Both the position numbers and the translations under genes were made by a program. 64,000 nucleotides of DNA from Spirochaetia bacterium (GTDB taxonomy: Bacteria > Spirochaetota > Spirochaetia > SZUA-6 > Bin103), in assembly GCA_965203905.1 (NCBI GenBank), contig CBDBDQ010000005.1, positions 672,001 through 736,000 on the forward strand, in the 5' to 3' direction. Below, piece by piece: positions 19,548-29,320 of the stretch. How positions within the stretch are numbered: the first letter of the stretch is position 1; each line of letters starts with the position of its first letter. A model generated the notes under the pieces. It made no database searches. It worked only from the letters and a program-made list of their open reading frames with translations, and was not told the origin of the DNA.

Positions 19548-20423
19548 TCATGCCTTGATCGCCCCGATCATCATTCCCTTGGTGAAGTACTTCTGCAGGA
19601 ATGGGTAGACGCACAGAATGGGGGCGATTGTGATGATGACGGCGGCTCCCTTCACGGTACGCGAGCTGATGTTCTGAATGACCTCCAGGATCGTGCTGTT
19701 TTCCACGTCGCGGAAGTCCAGCAGCACCAGGATGCGCCGCAGGAAGAGCTGGATCGGCTGCTTGTCCTGGTCGCGCAGGAAAATCAGGGACCAGAAGAAA
19801 TCGTTCCAGAACATCACCGCCGTATACAGTGCAAAGGTAGCAAACAACGGTTTCGACAGTGGCATGATGATGCGCCATAACACGGTGAAGTGACCGGCTC
19901 CGTCGATGCTCGCCGATTCGCGCAGTGACGACGGAATATTGGCAAAGAAGGTGCGGAAGATCATTACGTTGAACGCGGAGATGGCGGGCGGCAGCACCAG
20001 CGCCCACATGGTGTCGACCAACCCAAGTCTGAGCACCACGAGGTAGGTAGGTACCAAGCCCCCGGAAAAGAAGAGCGAAATGACGAGCAGAATGGAGACC
20101 AGCTTGCCGCCACGGAAGTCGCGGAAGGTGAGAGGATAAGCCATCATCGAAGTGCTGATCAACATGATCAAGGTGCCGGTGCCGGCGTAGTTGATGGTGT
20201 TGAGATAGAAGCGCAGAATCCTGTCGTCGGAGAGCAGCAATCGATACGCATTCAGCGAGTATCCGATCGGCCAGATGCCGACGGTGGCGTTACCGAGCTT
20301 GTCGGCGTCGCTGAGCGAAAGTGCGAGCGTCATCACGACGGGGTAGAGAAAGCAGGCGCTCATGACTACCAGGATGGCGTAGTTGAAGATGTCGAAGGCG
20401 TTGGCCTTGTGCTCTACCCACAT
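19548..20423 (-). CDS. Carbohydrate ABC transporter permease (MalG/LplC-like)
   Basis: EAA motif 'LRESASIDGAG', 'FFSGGLVPTY' and 'VYPFLQKYFTKG'. Confidence 0.93.
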   Translation of the reverse strand: MWVEHKANAFDIFNYAILVVMSACFLYPVVMTLALSLSDADKLGNATVGIWPIGYSLNAYRLLLSDDRILRFYLNTINYAGTGTLIMLISTSMMAYPLTFRDFRGGKLVSILLVISLFFSGGLVPTYLVVLRLGLVDTMWALVLPPAISAFNVMIFRTFFANIPSSLRESASIDGAGHFTVLWRIIMPLSKPLFATFALYTAVMFWNDFFWSLIFLRDQDKQPIQLFLRRILVLLDFRDVENSTILEVIQNISSRTVKGAAVIITIAPILCVYPFLQKYFTKGMMIGAIKA

Positions 20424-20439
20424 GCTTCGAGGCCCCGGA

Positions 20440-21417
20440 TCACCATAGTGAAGTCTCGTTCACGGCCCGCGCTACACGGTTGGTGATGATAAGGAAAATC
20501 AGCGAAATGAGCGCGGTAAACACGCCAACCGCGGTGGAGTAACTGAAGTTGGAGCCCTCGCTCTCGATGCCCACCCGGTAGATGTAAGTGGACAAGACGT
20601 CCGCGGTCTCATAGGTAAACGGACTGTACATGAGCAGAATCTTCTGAAAGTCGGTGGCCAGGATGCCGCCGACGGCGAGGATGAAGAGAATCACGATCAC
20701 CGGGAGGATCGAAGGAATGGTGATGTGCCACACCTGGCGGAAGCGCTTGGCACCGTCGATCACCGCCGATTCGTAGAGCTCCGGATTGATGTTCGCAATC
20801 GCCGCCAGGTAGAGGATGGAGGAGAATCCGATCTGGGCCCAGATCCCGGAGATGATGTAGAGTGGCGGAAACCAGAGCGGGCGCAGGAAGAAGGGGATGC
20901 GCTCGCCGCCCAAGCCGGCGATGACGGCGTTCACGATGCCGTCGTTGGGACTGGTGAACTCCCGCAGCAGGCCGATGACCACCACCGTCGAGATGAAGTA
21001 GGGCATGTAGGAGATGGTCTGGGTGACGCGCTTGAAACCGACGCTGCGCAGCTCGTTGAGCAGCAGCGCCAGCACGATCGGGGCGGGAAAGCTGAACGCC
21101 AGGGTGTACACGCCGAGCAGCAGGGTGTTCCGCATCAGGCGAAAGAAGTAGGGATCGTTGAAGAAATCGATGTAGTGCTTGAAGCCCACCCACTTGCTGC
21201 CGAGCACGCCGAGGGCGGGATGGAACTGCTGGAAGCCGATGACGATGCCCCACATCGGCAGGTACTTGAACAGCAGCAGGTTCAGCAGTCCGGGAATGAG
21301 CATCACGTAGAGGGCGGGGTTCCGGCGCACGTACCTCCACCACGAGCCCTTCTCGTGAACCGATGGCCCGAGCGAATCGATACTGGTAATGCCACGCTCG
21401 ACGTTGAAAGTCGACAT
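20440..21417 (-). CDS. Carbohydrate ABC transporter permease (MalF/LplB-like)
   Basis: Motifs 'SKWVGFKHY', 'FKRVTQTISYMPYFIS' and EAA 'ELYESAVIDGAKRF'. Start at 21417 or 21435. Confidence 0.93.
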   Translation of the reverse strand: MSTFNVERGITSIDSLGPSVHEKGSWWRYVRRNPALYVMLIPGLLNLLLFKYLPMWGIVIGFQQFHPALGVLGSKWVGFKHYIDFFNDPYFFRLMRNTLLLGVYTLAFSFPAPIVLALLLNELRSVGFKRVTQTISYMPYFISTVVVIGLLREFTSPNDGIVNAVIAGLGGERIPFFLRPLWFPPLYIISGIWAQIGFSSILYLAAIANINPELYESAVIDGAKRFRQVWHITIPSILPVIVILFILAVGGILATDFQKILLMYSPFTYETADVLSTYIYRVGIESEGSNFSYSTAVGVFTALISLIFLIITNRVARAVNETSLW

Positions 21418-21437
21418 CCTTGTTCCCGAACTCATGG

Positions 21438-21615
21438 AGCTTATACGGTACCGGTCGCCCTGTCAATCCAGTCCCCTTGCACCCGCGCAGGAGTGCGCCT
21501 GCGCCGGCTACCAGCGCGCCCCAGCCAAACCTGCCGGAGCGAACGCCCTCGCTGCCCCGGAACCGCAGCCTGACGCCGAGCTCCGGTTGACAAGCTGGCG
21601 CTATTGCCGTATCTC
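21438..21615. promoter_or_regulatory. Divergent sigma70-type promoters
   Basis: Minus strand: TTGACA (21466-21461)-N17-TAAGCT. Plus strand: TTGACA (21587-21592)-N17-TATCTC. Confidence 0.55.
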
Positions 21616-21624
21616 CGTCACAGG

Positions 21625-22500
21625 ATGATGGTCCGCCCACGTTTCTCGATCTTCGACTTCCTCATCTATCTGTTCCTCATCCTGCTCAGCCTGTCGTTTC
21701 TTTACCCCATCGCCAATCAGCTTGCGCTGTCGATCAGCGACGCCGGCGAACTCGGTTGGCAAGGGGTCACCGTCATACCGGTCGGTTTCAGTACCGACTC
21801 CTACCGCGCCCTGCTCTCCAGCGACGTCATTCTGCGCTATTACATCAATACGATCAAGTACGCTTCCGTCGGTACCTTCATCATGATCGCCACTACGTCT
21901 CTGATGGCCTATCCACTCACCTTCCGCGAACTTCGCGGCCGCAAGCTGGTCATGGTCCTGCTCGTCATCACGATATTTTTCTCCGGCGGCCTGGTGCCTT
22001 ACTATCTCCTGGTGCTTGCCCTCGGACTGGTCGATACGATTTGGGCCTTGGTGCTGCCCAACGCCATCGTCGCCTGGAACGTGATCATCTTTCGCACTTT
22101 CTTTCGCACCGTTCCCGACGCTCTCCGGGAGTCCGCGCACATCGACGGCGCCGGCCACTTCCTGGTGCTGTTCAGGATTGTACTGCCGCTCTCCAAGCCG
22201 CTGCTGGCAACCTTCGTGCTGTTCTCGTTGGTCGGCTTCTGGAACGATTACTTCTGGGCACTCATCTTCCTGCGCGATCAGGACAAGCAACCGATTCAGT
22301 TGTTTCTCCGGCGCATTCTCATTCTCGTCGGTCTGGAGGGCATCGAGAATACCTCCGCCCTGCAGGTAATGAACAACATCAGCTCACGGACCGCGAAAGC
22401 AGCGGCTCTCATCATCACTATCACACCGATCCTGTGCGTGTACCCGTTCCTGCAGAAGTATTTTACCAAGGGTCTGGTCATCGGCTCGCTCAAGGACTGA
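21625..22500 (+). CDS. Second MalG/LplC-like permease, paralog of 19548-20423
   Basis: Shares 'LRESAHIDGAGHF', 'LIFLRDQDKQPIQLFLRRIL' and 'ILCVYPFLQKYFTKG' with the divergent copy. Confidence 0.92.
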   Translation: MMVRPRFSIFDFLIYLFLILLSLSFLYPIANQLALSISDAGELGWQGVTVIPVGFSTDSYRALLSSDVILRYYINTIKYASVGTFIMIATTSLMAYPLTFRELRGRKLVMVLLVITIFFSGGLVPYYLLVLALGLVDTIWALVLPNAIVAWNVIIFRTFFRTVPDALRESAHIDGAGHFLVLFRIVLPLSKPLLATFVLFSLVGFWNDYFWALIFLRDQDKQPIQLFLRRILILVGLEGIENTSALQVMNNISSRTAKAAALIITITPILCVYPFLQKYFTKGLVIGSLKD

Positions 22501-22556
22501 GCCAACGAGCCAACACTTTGCTTGACCGCGCGTTGTAACCCGGCCTAGGCTGTCCC

Positions 22557-25418
22557 ATGGCCTGCCACTTCCCGCACCTCCTGGATCCGCGCATCCATCC
22601 TGACGACAGCCGCCGTTGTGTCAGGGTTCCCACCTGGGAGACCTTCGAGCACACCACCCAGTTCATCACCCTGCGCGACCTGACCCAGACCTCCTGGCGC
22701 GAGGACCTGGAACGCTACACCGAGGAATTCAAGCTGGGACGCATCGTGTGGCCGCTGCTCAACCTGCTCCACTGCGGTCACCTGGCCCAGGTGCTGGAGG
22801 AAATACGCCGCCGCGGCCTCTACCTGTTCGACCTCTGGAGCTACGTTCCCGGCTCGCCCCTGGAGGCGCAGTGGTCCAACATCACGCCCCCTGCCGGCAT
22901 GGTGCGGCACCTGCGACGGACCCTCGGCGACCGCTTTCTGGGCATCGACAACGGCGAGCAGGACGGTCGCTACATCTGGGCCACCGCCGAGCAGCAGTGT
23001 CCGCGGACGCAATCACGGTTCGCTCAATACCTCAGCTTTCAGCGCCACTTCCAGAAGCTCTGCGACGAGCTGGGCAACCACATGACCGCGCTCTCCTCGC
23101 TGACCCTCGGCCACTACTTCCTGAAGGAGGGCAACCACGTTCTGCTGGGCGCCGAGACCGCGCAGGCGCTGCCCAACAGCCAGCTCTACTACGCCTTCAT
23201 CCGCGGTGCGGGCAAGCAGTACGGCGTACATTGGTTCGGCAACGCGTCGGTGTTCAACCGCTGGGGATGGAAGGACTACGGCCCGCCCAAGCGCGACGGC
23301 AGGTACCGCTCCGGTCCCGAGGAAGGGTCCAGCCTCAACCTCCTGAAGCGGCTGCTGTATACCCACTACCTGTACAACTGCGTGGCCGTGGGCTTCGAGA
23401 GCGGCTGGCTGACCGAGTCGCCGCCGTACGCGCTCACCCCGGTCGGGGAGATCCAGCGCGGCGGCGTGGAGTTCGTGGCGCGCCACGGCCAGCCGGGGGT
23501 GATGCACACTCCGGCTGCGCTACTGCTGGACTTCTTCTCCGGCTGGGTGCCGCCGCGCCACCTGTACACGCCGTACGTCTACCAGGTGTGGGGCGCGATG
23601 CCCTACGAAGCGGGCGACTACCTGACCCACGGCGTGCTGTCGCTGCTGCTGCCGGGGTACGAGGACGCCAGCTACTTCCACGACGAGCGCGGTTTTCTGA
23701 GCCCGACGCCGTTCGGGGACATGACCGACTGTCTGCTCTCCGACGCGCCGTTGTGGGTGCTGCGCCAGTACGGCCTCGTGGTGGCCGCGGGAGCGCTGGC
23801 CATGACCCGCGAGCTGGGTGACAAGCTGCGCGCCTTCGTGGCCGGCGGCGGCCACCTGGTGGTGACCGCCGCCAACGCGCGCGGCCTGCTGCCCGAGTTG
23901 ACGGTGGACGGCTCGGAGGACCGGGTCGAGGCGGGGGCCGCGATCGCCTGGGCCGACGGCGCGGAAGAGGCGGAGGAGCACGCCTTCCACCTGTGCCGTG
24001 CCGCGCTGCCCGCCGGGGCCGAGGTGCTGGCCACCTGCGGCGAGCTGCCCTGCGTGGTGCGGTTGGCACACGGCGCCGGGCAGGTCACCCTGCTGTTGTC
24101 CCCCTACGGCCTGCCCGCGGACGCGCAGCACACCGGGCCGATCGAGAACGCAGAGGAAGAGCCGCTGGCGTGTCCTTTCGAGCTGCTGCGGCACGTGCGC
24201 CGGGCCCTGGCCGCGGCCTTTGCCGCCGAGCAGCTCTTCACGGTCGGCGACGGCCTGGGCTTCATCACCTGCCGCCGGGCCGCGGGCGACTACCTGCTGG
24301 CGCTGTACAACAACGGGCAGCGCGCCCTTCCCTGGCGCATCGCCTCCGGCTGCGGAACGATCCGCTCGGTGCAGGAGCTGGTGCTGGACCGGGCCGAGCA
24401 GGGCGCAGTGGGCCAGTGGCCCAAGGGGCACGACGGCACCGGAGCCGGCAGCAGCGACGCGCACACCATCGCCGGCGGCGACATCCGCCTGTTCGCGGTG
24501 TCGGTGGAGGAGCAAGGGGTGACCCTGCTCCCCGCGCCGCAGCCGCCGCCGCGCCCGCGCAACCGCCTGCTGGCGCTGCGCACGGCCGCCGCCGTGCAGC
24601 AGGAGATCCTGCGCCGGCCCACCTTCTTCGAGCACTTCGACGGCGTGAAGCTGGAGTGGAGCTACCTGCGCGATCGCGACGTCAGCCAGCTGCGGCGCGA
24701 GCAGGACTGGTTGGCGCGCCAGCAGGTGCGCGCGGTGGTGGACTTCAGCCACGACCTCAACCTGTTTCCGGGGCTCACCCTGCTGGACAGCTATCCGCCC
24801 CACTTCGCGGCCAGCGTGGCGGCGATCGACGACGTGCTGGCAAAGATGCGGATATGCCACGCCCGCGACGCGATCATCGCCATCCACCGCAAGCCGGAGA
24901 ACCACTGGAGCGACGAGCGCGCCCGGGCCGAGTTCACGACCCGGATCGGCGAGCTGTGCCGCCGTGCCGCGGACCACGGCGTGACCCTGCACCTGCAGAC
25001 CGATCACTGGAAACGGCTGCAGGACGGCGCCGCCCTGCTCGACCTGATCGCCGCGATCGACGAGCCGAACCTGCGCTACGCGCTCAACGTCGGCCACCTG
25101 TGGCCGGACGCCGAGCCGCCGGCAGAGGTGATCGAGCTCGTGGGCGAGCGTCTCGGTGCCGTGCTTCTGTGCGCGCCGCGGGTGGACCTCGCGGGCCAGA
25201 CCTACGACGCGCATCTGCCGGTCCACGGCAGCGGCATCGACCTCGCTGCGCTGGCCGGGGTGGGCGACGCGCTGTTCATCTTCGACGCGATCTACCCCGA
25301 CCGGGACGCCGAGTACCTGGACGTACAGGCGCTGAGCGCCGCGCTCGGCGGTACCGGTAGCACGCTCCTGCAGGCGAATGCTGGACAGATCCACCGTGTT
25401 GACTCAGAATTGCCATAA
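22557..25418 (+). CDS. Large uncharacterised protein: possible glycoside-hydrolase-like N-terminal region plus C-terminal xylose-isomerase-like TIM barrel
   Basis: 953-aa ORF with host-like codon usage. N-terminal region is aromatic/acidic ('GIDNGEQDGRY', 'GAETAQ'). C-terminal 'ELCRRAADHGVTLHL...NLRYALNVGH' resembles the AP2/xylose-isomerase barrel. Confidence 0.65.
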   Translation: MACHFPHLLDPRIHPDDSRRCVRVPTWETFEHTTQFITLRDLTQTSWREDLERYTEEFKLGRIVWPLLNLLHCGHLAQVLEEIRRRGLYLFDLWSYVPGSPLEAQWSNITPPAGMVRHLRRTLGDRFLGIDNGEQDGRYIWATAEQQCPRTQSRFAQYLSFQRHFQKLCDELGNHMTALSSLTLGHYFLKEGNHVLLGAETAQALPNSQLYYAFIRGAGKQYGVHWFGNASVFNRWGWKDYGPPKRDGRYRSGPEEGSSLNLLKRLLYTHYLYNCVAVGFESGWLTESPPYALTPVGEIQRGGVEFVARHGQPGVMHTPAALLLDFFSGWVPPRHLYTPYVYQVWGAMPYEAGDYLTHGVLSLLLPGYEDASYFHDERGFLSPTPFGDMTDCLLSDAPLWVLRQYGLVVAAGALAMTRELGDKLRAFVAGGGHLVVTAANARGLLPELTVDGSEDRVEAGAAIAWADGAEEAEEHAFHLCRAALPAGAEVLATCGELPCVVRLAHGAGQVTLLLSPYGLPADAQHTGPIENAEEEPLACPFELLRHVRRALAAAFAAEQLFTVGDGLGFITCRRAAGDYLLALYNNGQRALPWRIASGCGTIRSVQELVLDRAEQGAVGQWPKGHDGTGAGSSDAHTIAGGDIRLFAVSVEEQGVTLLPAPQPPPRPRNRLLALRTAAAVQQEILRRPTFFEHFDGVKLEWSYLRDRDVSQLRREQDWLARQQVRAVVDFSHDLNLFPGLTLLDSYPPHFAASVAAIDDVLAKMRICHARDAIIAIHRKPENHWSDERARAEFTTRIGELCRRAADHGVTLHLQTDHWKRLQDGAALLDLIAAIDEPNLRYALNVGHLWPDAEPPAEVIELVGERLGAVLLCAPRVDLAGQTYDAHLPVHGSGIDLAALAGVGDALFIFDAIYPDRDAEYLDVQALSAALGGTGSTLLQANAGQIHRVDSELP

Positions 25419-26107
25419 TGGCGGACGACATCCACGGCGGCCTGCACCCCGCTAAGGTCCCCGCTTACACACCAACCGAGGCAGCGCGGATCATCAGGCG
25501 ACCGGTATCGACTGTACGATCGTGGACACGCGGCTCGCGCTATACGACCAGCTCCGGCCAGCATTTCTGGCCACCCGTGGTACCTGCCGATCCACCATAT
25601 ATGTCGTTTCAGAATCTGGTGGAGCTGTACGTGCTTTCCTCGCTGCGCAGATTCCACACTGTGCCGCTCAAGAACGTCCGCAGCGCTATCGCCTATCTCC
25701 GAGAGGCTGTACGAACCGATCATCCTCTAGCTGACTGTGACCTCCTCACTGACCGCTCAGACCTGTTCGTCGAGAAGGCGGGCAAGTACCTGAACCTCAG
25801 CCGCGCCGGCCAACTCGAAATGAAAGAGCAGCTAAATCAGTGCATGATGCAGGTCGACAGGGGAATGGATGGGTTTCCCGACAGACTACGGCTGATGGAC
25901 CCGAAGAACGAGTCAATCGTGGCGGCGGAAGTGGATCCGGCGATCAGGTTCGGGCAACCACGAATCCCCGGCACCGGCATCCCCACGGCGACCATCTACG
26001 AACGCAGCGCCCGTGAAACGGCAGAGCAGCTCGCTGCGGTATACGAACGGCCTGTGATCGAAGTGATCAGCGCAATCAGTTACGAGGAATCGAGCCGCGC
26101 GGCGTGA
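25418..26107 (+). CDS. VapB45-like antitoxin (HTH + DUF433)
   Basis: Motifs 'AYTPTEAARII..PVSTVRSW', 'SFQNLVEL' and DUF433 'VDPAIRFGQPRIPGTGIPT'. Confidence 0.88.
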   Translation: MADDIHGGLHPAKVPAYTPTEAARIIRRPVSTVRSWTRGSRYTTSSGQHFWPPVVPADPPYMSFQNLVELYVLSSLRRFHTVPLKNVRSAIAYLREAVRTDHPLADCDLLTDRSDLFVEKAGKYLNLSRAGQLEMKEQLNQCMMQVDRGMDGFPDRLRLMDPKNESIVAAEVDPAIRFGQPRIPGTGIPTATIYERSARETAEQLAAVYERPVIEVISAISYEESSRAA

Positions 26108-26499
26108 CGCCGCCTCCATTCTATGTGGACGAGACCTACGGTCCTCGGCTCGTCGGCTTGCTGCAAAAGATGAACCTGCGAGCGGTGACCTACCGCGACG
26201 TGCCTGACATCGATGCTGCGGATCCTGACACGGCCTGGATACCCAAAGTGGCGAACCGGAAGTGGATTGCGGTGACCCATGACAAGAAACTCCGGAGCAA
26301 GCGAGCAGAGAGGCAAGCAATACAGAATGCGCGGTTACGAGTAGTGGTGATCGCTACCAAAGACTCGACCGAGGACGAGGCTGCCAATGTAATCGGTAAG
26401 CACAGAAGTTCGGTTCTTGCTCTCGCGCATTACATGCCACCGCCTTTCATCATCTCACTCACTCGCCAAAAACTGGAGTTTACCTGGCTTGGACCCTAA
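26104..26499 (+). CDS. VapC45-like PIN toxin
   Basis: Motifs 'FYVDE', 'DTAWI' and 'WIAVTHDKKLR...ER'. Coupled to the DUF433 gene. Confidence 0.82.
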   Translation: MTPPPFYVDETYGPRLVGLLQKMNLRAVTYRDVPDIDAADPDTAWIPKVANRKWIAVTHDKKLRSKRAERQAIQNARLRVVVIATKDSTEDEAANVIGKHRSSVLALAHYMPPPFIISLTRQKLEFTWLGP

Positions 26500-27839
26500 G
26501 CGGCGTCCAGCTTGGCGCGGATCTCGGCGTGGGCGGCGCGGTCGATGGGATAGCGGGCGAGCACCAGGATCCCGGCGATGAAGAACAGCGCCGGGACCGG
26601 CCCGATCAACAGCCGGATGCCGTGCAGCGCCAGCGGCGTTTGCGCCACGTCGGGCACGTAGCCGGTCCATTGCAGCACCGCTCCGCTGACCAGCGCCGCC
26701 AGGCCCAGCCCCAGCTTCTGCAGGAAGGTCCACATGCCGTAGAACACGCCTTCGCGGCGCTCGCCGTTGGCCAGTTCGTCGTAGTCCACCACGTCGGGGA
26801 TGATCGACCACGGCATCACGTAGTTGGTAGCCAGGCCGGCGCCGGCCACCACCATCACCACGAACAGCGCGGTGACGTCACGATGCGCGAACAGATAGGC
26901 GGCCAGCAGCGCGCCGCCGAACACCGCCATGCCTACGTTGTAGGCGGTGCGCTTGCCGATCCGCCCCGACAGCCATACCCAGCCCGGAATCGCCGCGAAC
27001 GCCGCCAGCAGCAGCGCCAGCGAGGCGAACTGCGCCAGCTCCGGGCGCCCGTACACGTGCTCGAAGTAAAACGGCACGGTGCTGGTGGCGACCACGATGC
27101 CGGTCATGAACAGCGTCCAGGGAAACAGCGCCAGCCGGAACGGCCGCACCTTCATCGCCGCGGCGTAGGCCGCGAACACGCTGCCTGCCGGCGCCCGGCC
27201 CCGTGTCACCGGCCGCTCGCGCACCGAGGCGAAGGTGATCAACACCACCAGGGCGGTGATCAGCCCGAACACGGCGCCGGCGACCGTGTAGCCCGATCCC
27301 ATTCCGGCGCCTGCGGCCAACTCCACCACGATGGTGAACGCCCCGGCGCCGAGCAGCGTGCCGACGATCGCCCACGCCATGCGGTAGCCGTTGAGGTTGG
27401 TGCGCTCCTGGAAGTCGCGCGCCAACTCCGGCGTGAGCGCCGCGTAGGGCACGAACACGACGGTGTAGGCGCTGTTCACCAGGCAGAACGCGAACACTAC
27501 CCACACGAACAGGGCGCCCTGGCTCCAGCCGCGGCCGCCCACCTCCAGGAACACCAGCGTCATCCCCGCCACGACCGCCGCCGCCCCGAACAGCAGGTAC
27601 GGGCGCCGCCGTCCCCAGCGCGACACGGTGCGGTCGGACAGCGTCCCCATCAACGGATCGGTCACCGCGTCCCAAGCCCGTCCCAGCAGCAGCGCCACAC
27701 CTGCCAGCGACGCCGCCAGGCCGAGGCTGTCGGTGACGAAGTTGAGCAACCAGAACCCCATGATGGTAAAGAACAGGTTGCCGCCGAGGTCGCCGACCCC
27801 ATAGCCCATCTTGGTACGTAACGGAAGCGAGCCAGCCAT
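26496..27839 (-). CDS. GPH family (MelB-like) glycoside:cation symporter, MFS
   Basis: Motifs 'KMGYGVGDLG', 'WDAVTDPLMG.LSDRT.SRWGRRRPY', 'VPYAALTPEL..DFQER' and 'GERREG.FYG'. Confidence 0.93.
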   Translation of the reverse strand: MAGSLPLRTKMGYGVGDLGGNLFFTIMGFWLLNFVTDSLGLAASLAGVALLLGRAWDAVTDPLMGTLSDRTVSRWGRRRPYLLFGAAAVVAGMTLVFLEVGGRGWSQGALFVWVVFAFCLVNSAYTVVFVPYAALTPELARDFQERTNLNGYRMAWAIVGTLLGAGAFTIVVELAAGAGMGSGYTVAGAVFGLITALVVLITFASVRERPVTRGRAPAGSVFAAYAAAMKVRPFRLALFPWTLFMTGIVVATSTVPFYFEHVYGRPELAQFASLALLLAAFAAIPGWVWLSGRIGKRTAYNVGMAVFGGALLAAYLFAHRDVTALFVVMVVAGAGLATNYVMPWSIIPDVVDYDELANGERREGVFYGMWTFLQKLGLGLAALVSGAVLQWTGYVPDVAQTPLALHGIRLLIGPVPALFFIAGILVLARYPIDRAAHAEIRAKLDAA

Positions 27840-27955
27840 CGCCGTAAGTATAGGCCGACTCATCAAAACGTGCACTCTTGTCCGAACCGCGGGGTGCCGG
27901 GCCATCCCGCCTCCATTGCGAACTGCACGGGCTGTACGGTATCGTCTTCGATGAG

Positions 27956-28858
27956 ATGTCCGTGGACGCCGAGATCAGGTCTGCCGCATTCTCATGGATC
28001 TCCGAGCAAGCCGCCCGGTATGGCAACGCGGTACCCACGAAGACTCTCCGTACCGGCTTCACGTATCGCGGCGAACGGGTGACGCTGATGGGACCGTCCG
28101 GCATCTGGAAGCCGCGCGTGTTGGCTCTTCCACTCTCCATCACCTCGGTACCTGACGGTCCCTACGACGACTCGTTCACCGCGGAAGGATTCCTCGCGTA
28201 TCGGTACCGAGGTACGGATCCTCACCATCGCGACAACGCGGGGCTGCGCGAATTGTGCCGCACCCGTACGCCGCTGATCTATTTCCACGGCGTGGCACAC
28301 GCCAAGTACATGCCGGTGTGGCCCGTGTTCATCGTCGAGGATCTCCCGCACCAACTCTGTTGCATGGTAGCGATCGAGCCGGCTCTCGGTCTGAGCCCGG
28401 CGGAGGGATCTCCCAGCGTCATAGGAACAGACTCGATCATCGGGATCCGCCGTTACATCACCAACGAAACCAGGCGTCGCCTCCACCAGACCGCCTTTCG
28501 CGAACGTGTCATCGATGCCTACGCCGAGAGCTGTACCCTGTGCCGCCTGCGTCATCGCAGACTGCTCGACGCCGCCCACATCGTGCCCGACGGCGAAGAC
28601 CGTGGTGACCCGGTCGTCCAGAACGGGTTGTGTCTGTGCAAGATCCACCACGCCGCCTACGACAGCGACCTGATCGGAATCTCACCCGACTACACCGTGC
28701 ACGTCCGCCGCGAGGTACGCGAAGAGAGCGACGGTCCGATGCTCCTGCATGGCCTGCAGGAACTGCATGAGTCGCGGGTCGCCCTGCCCAACCGGCGAGC
28801 AGACCGTCCCGACCGTGATCGTCTGGCATGGCGGTACGAACGGTTCCGCGCAGCGTGA
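27956..28858 (+). CDS. HNH endonuclease with SRA-like N-terminal domain (putative modification-dependent restriction nuclease)
   Basis: C-terminal HNH_2 pattern 'RLHQTAFRERVIDAY..SCTLC...LLDAAHIVPD...NGLCLCKIHHAAYD'. N-terminal 'GIWKP..PYDD..YRYRG.D..DN.GLR..PLIYF'. Confidence 0.8.
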   Translation: MSVDAEIRSAAFSWISEQAARYGNAVPTKTLRTGFTYRGERVTLMGPSGIWKPRVLALPLSITSVPDGPYDDSFTAEGFLAYRYRGTDPHHRDNAGLRELCRTRTPLIYFHGVAHAKYMPVWPVFIVEDLPHQLCCMVAIEPALGLSPAEGSPSVIGTDSIIGIRRYITNETRRRLHQTAFRERVIDAYAESCTLCRLRHRRLLDAAHIVPDGEDRGDPVVQNGLCLCKIHHAAYDSDLIGISPDYTVHVRREVREESDGPMLLHGLQELHESRVALPNRRADRPDRDRLAWRYERFRAA

Positions 28859-28957
28859 GGACCGTCAGGTCACCCCGGCACCATTTCTCGGGCCCCCTCC
28901 CGATGTCGCCACGGGGCGGATCGCTGAGTGCCGAAAAACACGCCCTCATTCTCAGGG

Positions 28958-28986
28958 TTGACCTATAGATCGTAAAGTTTTAACTT
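28958..28986 (+). promoter_or_regulatory. TAC operon promoter with palindromic operator
   Basis: TTGACC-N17-TAACTT, with an AAGTT-TT-AACTT palindrome overlapping the -10 box. Confidence 0.55.
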
Positions 28987-29038
28987 AACCACCCATGGAG
29001 GAAAGGCAAATGAACGGAGACCGGCCGGAGGGTAGATT

Positions 29039-29309
29039 TTGCCGTTCAGATCCCTGTGGGATGATTCAGCTTACGAGATTCAGGCCTACGCCACGACTGG
29101 TGGTAGGTGTCAGGTCTTAGCACACCTAGAGAGCCTCAATGAACGCGATCGGAAGAGGATGATCGCACTGTTGACGCGGATAGCCCATCACGGACCGCCT
29201 CGGAACCGAGAGAAGTGCCAAAAGATGGCGGGCGAGGACTTCTGGGAGTTCAAGGCCTCCCAGCCGTCAGACGTATCGCGAAGTACAGCAAGAACTGAGC
29301 ACCAAATGA
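29039..29309 (+). pseudogene. RelE/HigB (Gp49-like) toxin, internally deleted
   Basis: 'YATTGGRCQVLAHLESL...GPPRNREKCQKMAGEDFWEFKA' lacks the subsequent catalytic strands. A probable native C-terminus 'RQTYREVQQELSTK*' lies in the +1 frame and ends at TGA 29309. Confidence 0.7.
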
Positions 29310-29320
29310 AAGGAGAGACA

